Shown in pieces: positions 9,945 to 17,769 of a stretch of DNA of 64,000 nt. Each line of letters starts with the position of its first letter. The stretch's first letter is position 1. Source of the DNA: Eubacteriales bacterium (GTDB lineage: Bacteria; Bacillota; Clostridia; Oscillospirales; CAG-382); NCBI GenBank assembly GCA_045538555.1, contig JAZSRP010000043.1, positions 9,616-73,615 of the forward strand, given 5' to 3'. The notes under the pieces are model-generated. The model was not told where the DNA came from, made no database searches, and saw only the letters and a list, made by a program, of their open reading frames with translations. The position numbers were made by a program, and so were the translations under genes.

Positions 9945-10610
9945 TCAGTCCTCCTGCGGCTCAAAATCCGCTTTTGTAAAAACAGTGTTGTTTTTGTATA
10001 TTGTAAGCGTCTCTATTGTTTGTTCAACATCCTTGTGTTTTACGGCAAAATACCATATCTTGTTTTCTCGCTTTTCGTTTTGGTGGTCTTCCTTGTTGTA
10101 TCGCAGATCGTTTAGGTCAAGTTTTAGGTCCACGTTTTCAAAGCAGACACGGGCAAATGCATATTTTCCACGTGAATCCGTTACAATGTTTGTGGGTTGA
10201 AAAATGTTGCCGTCGCTGTCTGTCAAAACAAAGTACAGTCCTGCATCATCACCGTTTGTCAACTTGTCGGTATTGACCTTCACGCCGATCTCAAGTGCTT
10301 GGCAATCCTCGGCGTAAAAAATGTGGTATAGCTGAACTGTCCCGTCATAGTTCATAAAATCAGCCGCGTTGATTCTGAAAAAATCAAATTCATCTCCAAT
10401 CTCTTCGGCTTGCTGAACAACAGAAGGCGTAAAATACATCTGCTCAAGAATCTTGCTGTCTCGGTTTGAAAATATTACGTAAAAAATGACTGCATATATC
10501 AAAAAGGAAATGCCGTACATTGTCCATTTGAAAATGCCTTTTACAATACGATATGTTTTTGATTCCCGTTCGTCTCTGTCCTCGGGGAAATAGTTGCCTT
10601 GATAATCCAT
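9945..10610 (-). CDS. Hypothetical single-pass membrane protein
   Basis: 221-aa ORF with one TM helix (MYGISFLIYAVIFYVIF) and a beta-rich extracytoplasmic part. It sits 3 nt upstream of the next gene. I recognise no family. Confidence 0.55.
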   Translation of the reverse strand: MDYQGNYFPEDRDERESKTYRIVKGIFKWTMYGISFLIYAVIFYVIFSNRDSKILEQMYFTPSVVQQAEEIGDEFDFFRINAADFMNYDGTVQLYHIFYAEDCQALEIGVKVNTDKLTNGDDAGLYFVLTDSDGNIFQPTNIVTDSRGKYAFARVCFENVDLKLDLNDLRYNKEDHQNEKRENKIWYFAVKHKDVEQTIETLTIYKNNTVFTKADFEPQED

Positions 10611-10665
10611 GGTGTCGCTCTTTCTGTGATTTTTGATTGGTTACATAATTTTTGTCAAAAAATAG

Positions 10666-10780
10666 TTATTCACTGAGTTTTCCACATTTCAACAGGTCCT
10701 AGGTAAAAAAACAGCTTGATTTTTCAAGAAAAACCAGAGTTTTCCACAAAGTTGTTCACATCGAGGGGTGTTTTTCCACA
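10666..10780 (+). promoter_or_regulatory. Cluster of DnaA-box-like 9-mers
   Basis: TTTTCCACA occurs identically at 10678-10686, 10740-10748 and 10772-10780, all in the same orientation. Weaker copies are TTATTCACT at 10666-10674 and TTGTTCACA at 10752-10760. The consensus DnaA box is TTATCCACA / TTWTNCACA. Confidence 0.55.
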
Positions 10781-10807
10781 TGTTTTATGTAAACTGTAAT
10801 GTGTGTT

Positions 10808-12373
10808 TCACAAGGAAAAATACTTTCTGTCAAGCGATCTCATCTGTATTGCAACTGCAATGTGCTGTTTTTGAATGAGTTGACTTTGGTCAAAATCAGC
10901 AACTGTACGCGCAACTTTTAGGACACGGTCGTATCCTCTTGCAGATAATCCCAGCTTGTCATATGCGTCACGCAAAAGATCTCTGCCGCTATCGTCAACT
11001 ACGCAAAATTTTCGGATGTGTTTTGGTTGCATTGCGGCGTTGTTTGTGAGAGGAAGCCCGTTTGCAAGCTTTTCGCCGTCAAAACGTTCCATTGCAAACT
11101 CCCGTGCTTTGCAAACTCGAGCGCGTATCTCGCTGCTGCTCTCTGCAGCAACAGAGGTGTCAAGGTCCGAAAAAGCAAGTGCATTGACCTCGACTTGAAT
11201 ATCGATTCTGTCAAGTATGGGACCGGAAATTTTTGACAAATATGAGTTGCGGGACATCGGTGTACAGCTACATGCTTTTGTGGGATGACCGTAGAATCCG
11301 CATTTGCAGAGGTTCATAGCACACACCAACATAAAAGAGCTTGGGTATTCGACAGTGCTGTTGACTCTTGCTATGGTAACCTTGCGCTCCTCAACGGGTT
11401 GCCTGAGAACCTCGCATGCGTGCTTGTCAAATTCCGGAAATTCATCAAGAAACAAAACTCCGTTGTTTGCAAGAGAAATTTCACCGGGCTTTGGATTTGT
11501 ACCGCCTCCGATGAGAGCTGCGGCGGAAAGAGAGTGATGAGGTAATCTGAAAGGCCTTTTTGTAATAAGCGGTTTGAGTTCGGATGAATAACCCGCGATA
11601 GAATAAATTTTTGAAGTTTCGATTGATTCCTCAAGGGTGATGGGAGGGAGAATATCGGGCAACCGAGATGCGAGCATGCTTTTTCCTGTGCCGGGAGGGC
11701 CTATAAGGAGAACGTTGTGAGCTCCGGCGGCAGCGATCTCAAGTGCCTTTTTGGCGGTTTCCTGTCCCTTTACGTCTCGGTAATCAGAATTTATCTCGTT
11801 GGAAACTTTGAAAAAATCATGTTCCTCAAATATCAGTGGCAAGACTTTTTCTCTTGTCAAAAAGTGATTGATCAACTGAACAAGGTTTTTTATGGGATAA
11901 ACATTGATCTTTCCTGCAGCAGATGCCTCGGGAGCGTTCTCAGCAGGTACAAACATGCGTCGAAATCCGGAATCTCTGGCAGCTACCGCCATTGGCAAAA
12001 CTCCGGTGACCGGTCTCAGCTCACCGGACAGTGAAAGCTCTCCGATAAAACAGCAATCGGAAAAATCAATTTTGTTAAACCCGGGAATATCCAGAAGCGA
12101 AAGCAGGATAGGCAGATCAAAAACCGTGCCTTCCTTCCGAACGTCAGCAGGGGCAAGGTTTACTGTCAAAACACCGCGCTTGAGCGGCATGTTGATAGCT
12201 CTTGCGGCGGCGCGAACGCGGCCTTGGGATTCTTTTACGGCTGTATCCGGAAGACCAATAATATCCATTCGCGGGCTGCTGCTGGCGGCACTGGTGGCCT
12301 CCACCGTAACGATCTGTCCGTCTATTCCTCGAAGTGCGGCGGAATAAAATGTACTGACCAAATCATTTCTCAT
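10808..12373 (-). CDS. comM: YifB/ComM family Mg-chelatase-like ATPase
   Basis: Lon-like N-domain, Walker A GPPGTGKS, Walker B VLFLDEFPEF and a ChlI-type AAA+ core. The start is moved to ATG 12373 (MRNDLVSTFYSAALRGIDG), which has an AGGAG upstream. Confidence 0.85.
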   Translation of the reverse strand: MRNDLVSTFYSAALRGIDGQIVTVEATSAASSSPRMDIIGLPDTAVKESQGRVRAAARAINMPLKRGVLTVNLAPADVRKEGTVFDLPILLSLLDIPGFNKIDFSDCCFIGELSLSGELRPVTGVLPMAVAARDSGFRRMFVPAENAPEASAAGKINVYPIKNLVQLINHFLTREKVLPLIFEEHDFFKVSNEINSDYRDVKGQETAKKALEIAAAGAHNVLLIGPPGTGKSMLASRLPDILPPITLEESIETSKIYSIAGYSSELKPLITKRPFRLPHHSLSAAALIGGGTNPKPGEISLANNGVLFLDEFPEFDKHACEVLRQPVEERKVTIARVNSTVEYPSSFMLVCAMNLCKCGFYGHPTKACSCTPMSRNSYLSKISGPILDRIDIQVEVNALAFSDLDTSVAAESSSEIRARVCKAREFAMERFDGEKLANGLPLTNNAAMQPKHIRKFCVVDDSGRDLLRDAYDKLGLSARGYDRVLKVARTVADFDQSQLIQKQHIAVAIQMRSLDRKYFSL

Positions 12374-12527
12374 AAAAACACCCGCTCCTTTCCTATATAC
12401 AGAGTCAATAATATCATAAATAATTTTGTTTTTCAAGACGTTGATGAATATATGTATGAAAAAATAAACTTTTCATAAAATGTAAAATTTTGTTTTAATC
12501 AAATGTCGAAAAATTAAGAAAATGCTC

Positions 12528-12556
12528 TTTACAATCAAAAAAAAAGGTGCTATAGT
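12528..12556 (+). promoter_or_regulatory. Putative sigma-A promoter of the PFOR gene
   Basis: TTTACA (12528-12533), a 17-nt spacer, then TGcTATAGT with the -10 hexamer at 12551-12556. Confidence 0.5.
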
Positions 12557-12599
12557 ATGTATGTATGAATATGAAAACAAAACAGGAGGCAAGTTCCAT

Positions 12600-15500
12600 A
12601 TGTCAACAAGAAAAAAGCTGTCAATGGACGGCAACACAGCCGCGGCGCACGTGTCATATGCGTTTACCGAGGTTGCAGGTATTTATCCCATCACTCCTTC
12701 ATCTCCCATGGCAGAGGTCACTGATCAGTGGGCAGCTGAAGGACGCAAGAACATCTTTGGCCAGACTGTAAAGGTCGTTGAGATGCAGTCCGAGGGCGGT
12801 GCTTCGGGTACTGTTCACGGTTCTCTTGCCGCAGGTGCTCTTACCACAACCTACACAGCATCGCAGGGTCTCCTGCTCATGATTCCCAATATGTACAAAA
12901 TCGCCGGCGAGCTTCTTCCCGGTGTAATCCATGTTTCTGCTCGTTGCCTTGCTTCTCACGCACTCAACATTTTTGGAGATCACTCCGATGTTATGGCGTG
13001 CAGACAGACCGGTTTTGCGCTCCTTTGCGCTTCCAATGTTCAGGAAGTTATGGACCTTGGCGCTGTTGCACACCTTACTGCAATTGAAAGCAGAGTTCCT
13101 TTCCTACACTTCTTTGACGGTTTCAGAACCTCTCACGAGATTCAAAAAGTTGAGGTTTGGGATTATGACGATCTTGCTGAGATGTGTAACTGGGATGCTG
13201 TAAAAGCATTTAGAGAAAGAGCACTCAATCCTGAGCATCCAGTTCTCCGCGGTACAGCTCAGAACCCCGATATCTTCTTCCAGGCAAGAGAGGCCTGCAA
13301 TACTTATTATGATGCAGTTCCCGCACTCGTTGAGAAATACATGGACAAGGTCAACGAAAAGGCCGGAACAAACTACAAACCCTTCAACTACTACGGCGCT
13401 CCCGACGCAGAAAAAGTCATCATTGCGATGGGTTCTGTTTGCGACACCATTGAGGAGACAGTTGATTATATCAACGCAAACGGCGGCAAAGTTGGTCTTG
13501 TAAAGGTTCGTCTGTATCGTCCTTTTGTCAACTCACTGCTTGTTGACGCAATCCCCGCTACTGCAAAGAAGATTGCTGTTATGGACAGAACAAAAGAGCC
13601 CGGCGCAGGCGCTGAGCCCTTGTTCCTTGATGTCGTAAACGCACTCCGCGGTACCGCATTTGAATCTGCTCTTGTTGTTGGCGGTAGATATGGTCTCGGC
13701 TCCAAGGATACAACTCCCGCATGTATTTTTGCTGTATTCAACAACCTTGATGCTGACAAACCCATCGATGGATTTACCGTTGGTATCAACGACGATGTTA
13801 CCAACCTTTCTCTTCCCATGGAGCCCGCTCCCAATACCGCAGGTGAGGGAATCGTTGCATGTAAATTCTGGGGTCTTGGCTCTGACGGTACAGTTGGAGC
13901 AAACAAGAACTCTATCAAGATCATCGGCGACCATACCGACAAGTACATTCAGGCATACTTTGCATACGACTCCAAAAAGTCCGGCGGTATCACCATCAGC
14001 CACCTGCGTTTTGGTGACACTCCCATCAGATCAACATACTATGTATCCCACGCAAACTTTGTGGCTTGCCACAATCCTTCCTATATTGATAAATATGACA
14101 TCACCGGCGATCTTGCTGAGGGCGGAACTTTCCTGCTCAACTGCCAGTGGAGCGCAGACGAGCTCAACGAGAAGCTTCCTGCAAAGGTGAAGAGGGATAT
14201 TGCGACCAAAAATGTGAACTTCTATACCATCGACGCAATTACAATTGCACGTGAGATCGGTCTCGGCAACAGAACAAATACTGTTCTTCAGAGCGCTTTC
14301 TTCTCTCTTGCAAATATTATTCCTTCTGCAGATGCTATCGAGTATATGAAAAAAGCTGCTTACAAGAGCTTTGCAAAGAAGGGTGAAGCTATTGTCAACA
14401 TGAACTATGCCGCAATTGATGCCGGAGCAAATGCGTTTACAAAGATCGATGTTCCTGCTGATTGGGCAACGGCTGTTGATACCAAAAAGGTTGATAAGAA
14501 CCTCGAAGGCAGACCTGAGGTTGTGAAATTTGTGCGTGAGATTCTTGAGCCCGCAAATGCACAGAAGGGTGATGATCTTCCTGTTTCTATCTTCCATGAG
14601 AACGCAGACGGCACATTCCCCCAGGGTACCGCTGCGTACGAGAAGCGCGGTGTTGCGGTTGATGTTCCTAACTGGAATCCCGACAACTGCATCCAGTGTA
14701 ACTTCTGCTCCTACGTATGTCCTCACGCAACCATCAGACCTATTGCGATGACAGACGCTGAAGCGGAGCAGTATCCCGATTTCAAGCTTGTTCCCATGAC
14801 AGGTATGGCAGGTTACAAGTTTGGTATCACAGTTTCTGCACTTGACTGCCTCGGATGCCAGAGCTGTGTACAGATCTGTCCCGGCAAAAAAGGCGAAAAG
14901 GCGCTCTCTATGGCACCCATTGAGGGTCAGCTTAAGTATCAGAATGCATTTGATGCAAGCTACAAATATGCTGACAACAAAGAAGTTCTTGCAAAATTCA
15001 AACCCGAAACCGTAAAGGGCAGCCAGTTCAAGCAGCCCCTCCTCGAGTTCTCGGGCGCATGCGCAGGCTGCGGTGAGACACCTTATGCAAAGCTGATCAC
15101 TCAGCTCTTCGGCGACAGAATGTTTATTGCCAACGCAACCGGATGTTCCTCTATCTGGGGCGGTTCTGCTCCTTCTATGCCTTACACCGTGAACAAAGAC
15201 GGACACGGTCCGGCATGGGCAAACTCTCTCTTTGAGGACAACGCAGAGTTTGGTATCGGTATGGCAACTGCAATGAACGCACGCAGAGACCGTCTTGCAG
15301 AGACCGTGACTACTCTTATCGCAATTGATTACACCGATGCTGATATCAAAGCAGCGGGTGCAGAATGGCTTGCAGGTAAAGACGAGGCGGAGTCATCCAA
15401 GGATGCCGGCGCAAAGCTTCTTGCTGCATGCAAGGATGCTATTATTGATGGTTGCACCTGCGATGCATGTACTCTTGCTCGCAAGGTAGTTGAGGATGCT

Positions 15501-16163
15501 GATCTTCTCACCAAAAAATCCATGTGGATCTTTGGTGGCGATGGTTGGGCATATGATATCGGATTTGGCGGTCTTGACCATGCACTTGCATCTGGCGAGG
15601 ATGTAAATATCTTTGTGTTTGATACAGAGGTTTATTCCAACACCGGCGGACAGGCGTCCAAGTCAACTCCTACCGGTTCTACTGCAAAGTTTGCAGCTGC
15701 AGGTAAAACAATGAAGAAAAAAGACCTTGCAGCGATTGCGATGTCCTACGGTTACGTATACGTAGCACAGATTGCAATGGGCGCCGACTATGCACAGTGC
15801 ATCAAGGCGATCACTGAGGCCGAAAAGTACAAAGGACCTTCCCTTATTATCGGTTATGCACCCTGTATCAACCATGGTATCAAGAAAGGTCTTGGTACAA
15901 GCATGCTTGAGACAAAAGCAGCTGTTGCAGCCGGTTACTGGTTCAACTTCCGCTACAACCCCGAGCTTGCTGCTGAGGGCAAAAACCCCTTCGTGCTCGA
16001 CAGCAAAGAGCCCACAACATCCTACAAGGACTTCATCAAGTCTGAGACTAGATACAGTTCTTTGGGACTGTCCTTCCCTGAGAGAGCAGAAAAACTCTTT
16101 GATACTGCTGAACAGCAGTCCAAGGAAAAATATGCTATGCTCAAGAAGAAAGCAGAGAATTAA
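12600..16163 (+). CDS. nifJ: Pyruvate:ferredoxin (flavodoxin) oxidoreductase
   Basis: Single-chain PFOR of about 1187 aa. It has two ferredoxin-type clusters (CIQCNFCSYVCP, CLGCQSCVQICP) and a TPP motif (GGDGWAYDIGFGG). The start is at ATG 12600, after AGGAGG at 12584-12589; the track start at 12522 is an upstream extension. Confidence 0.95.
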   Translation: MSTRKKLSMDGNTAAAHVSYAFTEVAGIYPITPSSPMAEVTDQWAAEGRKNIFGQTVKVVEMQSEGGASGTVHGSLAAGALTTTYTASQGLLLMIPNMYKIAGELLPGVIHVSARCLASHALNIFGDHSDVMACRQTGFALLCASNVQEVMDLGAVAHLTAIESRVPFLHFFDGFRTSHEIQKVEVWDYDDLAEMCNWDAVKAFRERALNPEHPVLRGTAQNPDIFFQAREACNTYYDAVPALVEKYMDKVNEKAGTNYKPFNYYGAPDAEKVIIAMGSVCDTIEETVDYINANGGKVGLVKVRLYRPFVNSLLVDAIPATAKKIAVMDRTKEPGAGAEPLFLDVVNALRGTAFESALVVGGRYGLGSKDTTPACIFAVFNNLDADKPIDGFTVGINDDVTNLSLPMEPAPNTAGEGIVACKFWGLGSDGTVGANKNSIKIIGDHTDKYIQAYFAYDSKKSGGITISHLRFGDTPIRSTYYVSHANFVACHNPSYIDKYDITGDLAEGGTFLLNCQWSADELNEKLPAKVKRDIATKNVNFYTIDAITIAREIGLGNRTNTVLQSAFFSLANIIPSADAIEYMKKAAYKSFAKKGEAIVNMNYAAIDAGANAFTKIDVPADWATAVDTKKVDKNLEGRPEVVKFVREILEPANAQKGDDLPVSIFHENADGTFPQGTAAYEKRGVAVDVPNWNPDNCIQCNFCSYVCPHATIRPIAMTDAEAEQYPDFKLVPMTGMAGYKFGITVSALDCLGCQSCVQICPGKKGEKALSMAPIEGQLKYQNAFDASYKYADNKEVLAKFKPETVKGSQFKQPLLEFSGACAGCGETPYAKLITQLFGDRMFIANATGCSSIWGGSAPSMPYTVNKDGHGPAWANSLFEDNAEFGIGMATAMNARRDRLAETVTTLIAIDYTDADIKAAGAEWLAGKDEAESSKDAGAKLLAACKDAIIDGCTCDACTLARKVVEDADLLTKKSMWIFGGDGWAYDIGFGGLDHALASGEDVNIFVFDTEVYSNTGGQASKSTPTGSTAKFAAAGKTMKKKDLAAIAMSYGYVYVAQIAMGADYAQCIKAITEAEKYKGPSLIIGYAPCINHGIKKGLGTSMLETKAAVAAGYWFNFRYNPELAAEGKNPFVLDSKEPTTSYKDFIKSETRYSSLGLSFPERAEKLFDTAEQQSKEKYAMLKKKAEN

Positions 16164-16180
16164 ACAGTTATATATTGCAT

Positions 16181-16204
16181 GTGCGGGCGCATAGTCGCCC
16201 GCAC
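16181..16204 (+). other. GC-rich hairpin without U-tract between PFOR and the next gene
   Basis: gtgcgggcg (16181-16189), loop catagt, cgcccgcac (16196-16204). There is no T-run on either strand. Confidence 0.4.
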
Positions 16205-16227
16205 AAATCAACTTACGGAGGCACAAA

Positions 16228-17193
16228 ATGCCGAATAAAAGAAAAGGCAACGGAGCATACAATTACATGTACTTCTCCGCAGGTCTCATCTGTGTGGTTG
16301 TTGCCATTATCATTGCCTCTTTGATTGCTTTTGTCAATTTTGAGGAGGAAGATATTTCTGAAGATGTTTCGGAGCTTGTTTCAGAGGCAACATCTGAGGT
16401 CATTGTGAGCACTGATGTTTCTGCAGGAGCACAATCCGGGCTGCTTGATGATATCAGAATGGATGATCTTGTTGTTAACAACTCGTCTGTTTTTGATGGA
16501 AAGCTTGCTGTAATCACAAACAACGACGAGTCATATAGAAGCGCTGAGGATTTTGAGCTTGTTAGGTTTTACGGCAACAAAGGAAGTGGCTATGAATTGT
16601 CGGGAACCGGTGTAAAAGTTGAAAAAGAAGCCCAGGAACGTTTTGATGCATTTTTGGTATCTTTTGCTGAAACACTCCCGGGTAGCGGCGTTATCGTGGA
16701 TAAAGGTTATTCTGACCGTGAAACTCTTATAAAAAACAGTTTATTTGATGAATTTGCGGATCTTACGTCCGGAATGTCTGTTTTGCTTGGACTCAGCGGG
16801 AGCGATTATTCATTCTCGTCACCGGAGTTTGCTTATCTATATGAGCAAGCGTATAAGTATGGCATAATCCAGAGGTATCCTGAGAATAAAGAAAGCTCGA
16901 CAAACCATACTGCCAACAAAAAACTGTATCGATATATCGGTATTGCGCATACGCAGTATATGCATATATACAATCTTTCTCTTGAGGAATATCTTGATGC
17001 GCTCAGAAGCAATGATAAGCCGCTCGAGATAACCAGCACACTTGAGCAAAACAAAAAATACGTTGTTTATTATACCGCAATGTCCGGCGGGGCAGGGGAT
17101 ACTACTATCGTAAAAGTTCCTTCTGATCTGCCTTATGAAATTTCCGGAGACGGTTCAGGTGGATTTGTGGTTACTGTAACAATTGAAAATTAA
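16228..17193 (+). CDS. Membrane-anchored VanY/LdcB-like (peptidase M15B fold) protein, probably catalytically inactive
   Basis: N-terminal TM anchor and a GGAGG RBS. The C-terminal block AYKYGIIQRYPENKESSTNHTANKKLYRYIGIAH resembles the YGFIxRYPxxKxxxTGxxYEPWHxRYVG block of D,D-carboxypeptidases. The SxHxxGxAxD and ExxH ligand positions are not conserved. Confidence 0.5.
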   Translation: MPNKRKGNGAYNYMYFSAGLICVVVAIIIASLIAFVNFEEEDISEDVSELVSEATSEVIVSTDVSAGAQSGLLDDIRMDDLVVNNSSVFDGKLAVITNNDESYRSAEDFELVRFYGNKGSGYELSGTGVKVEKEAQERFDAFLVSFAETLPGSGVIVDKGYSDRETLIKNSLFDEFADLTSGMSVLLGLSGSDYSFSSPEFAYLYEQAYKYGIIQRYPENKESSTNHTANKKLYRYIGIAHTQYMHIYNLSLEEYLDALRSNDKPLEITSTLEQNKKYVVYYTAMSGGAGDTTIVKVPSDLPYEISGDGSGGFVVTVTIEN

Positions 17194-17206
17194 GCTTGCA
17201 CACTGC

Positions 17207-17236
17207 AAAAAAACAGCGAAAAAACGCTGTTTTTTT
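17207..17236 (+). terminator. Rho-independent terminator
   Basis: cagcg-aaaaaa-cgctg hairpin flanked by an A-run and a T7 run. Confidence 0.7.
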
Positions 17237-17656
17237 GATCTTATCAAAAGAACATGCGTTTTGTAAAAATGTGCTTGTTGTAGAATTATTTAAACTCAAG
17301 TTGTGCAATGTGTACACAATATTTGCTTTCACTATTCGAAAAATTCGAGAGAAATAAATTTTAAAAAATCAAGTATATATTTTTTGGCATTTTTCTGAAA
17401 GATAAATGTGTAAATAAAGTTATATATTTTTTGCCTGTTGTGAAACATAAAAATAACGTTTGCCTTTAAAATCAAGGGGTTTTGTTGTGATTAACTTGCC
17501 TCGGCAATTATAAAATTTTCAAATTTAAATTTTGCTTAAAAAATTCATAACAACAAAATTAACAGTTGAAATATGTCGAGATTATTTGTGATTTTTGAGC
17601 AAGTGAGATACATTAGTATAAATTGCATTATTTTGAATCGTGTTTTATATGCACAC

Positions 17657-17686
17657 TTGACAAAATGACGAACCATGTGCTATTAT
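17657..17686 (+). promoter_or_regulatory. Putative sigma-A promoter of the glycan ABC locus
   Basis: TTGACA (17657-17662), an 18-nt spacer, then an extended -10 TGcTATTAT with the hexamer at 17681-17686. Confidence 0.55.
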
Positions 17687-17705
17687 CACATATATAAAAA
17701 TATAC

Positions 17706-17735
17706 CGTGCGTACATATGCGCATATGTGTGCACG
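17706..17735 (+). promoter_or_regulatory. 30-nt quasi-palindrome in the 5' leader (operator or RNA hairpin)
   Basis: Perfect 16-bp palindrome ACATATGCGCATATGT at 17713-17728. It extends to cgtgcgt.../...gtgcacg if G-U pairs are allowed. It lies between the predicted -10 and the RBS. Confidence 0.45.
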
Positions 17736-17769
17736 TATATCCAAAGGATTCTTCGCAGGAGGATTAGAA

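Noticed and set aside
12522-12599. Upstream start-codon extensions proposed by the ORF track. They are 12522 for PFOR, 17707 for the SBP, 46509 for groES, 37315 for GH35, 45223 for the methyltransferase, 50952 for tsaC and 12436 for comM.
   Set aside because: In each case an internal ATG is preceded by a good AGGAGG-type RBS at 5-11 nt, and the protein family's conserved N-terminus begins there. The extensions have no RBS and overlap promoter-like sequence.
10611-12599. Calling this region the chromosomal origin (oriC).
   Set aside because: Only one DnaA-box cluster is present, no dnaA/dnaN is adjacent, and I could not compute GC skew. The region is kept as a finding to test and is not annotated as oriC.
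14031-15206. Long antisense ORFs opposite well-supported genes. They are 14031-15206 and 15663-16262 opposite PFOR, 19294-20364 and 20479-21261 opposite the SBP, 23038-23763 opposite the NHL/Yip1 gene, 43234-43833 opposite the dockerin protein, 43997-44644 opposite chrA, and 46816-47469 opposite groEL.
   Set aside because: Their translations are low-complexity or Cys/Arg/Ser-rich with no recognisable motifs and no RBS, and each lies fully inside a gene with strong family signatures. They are typical stop-codon-poor antisense frames.
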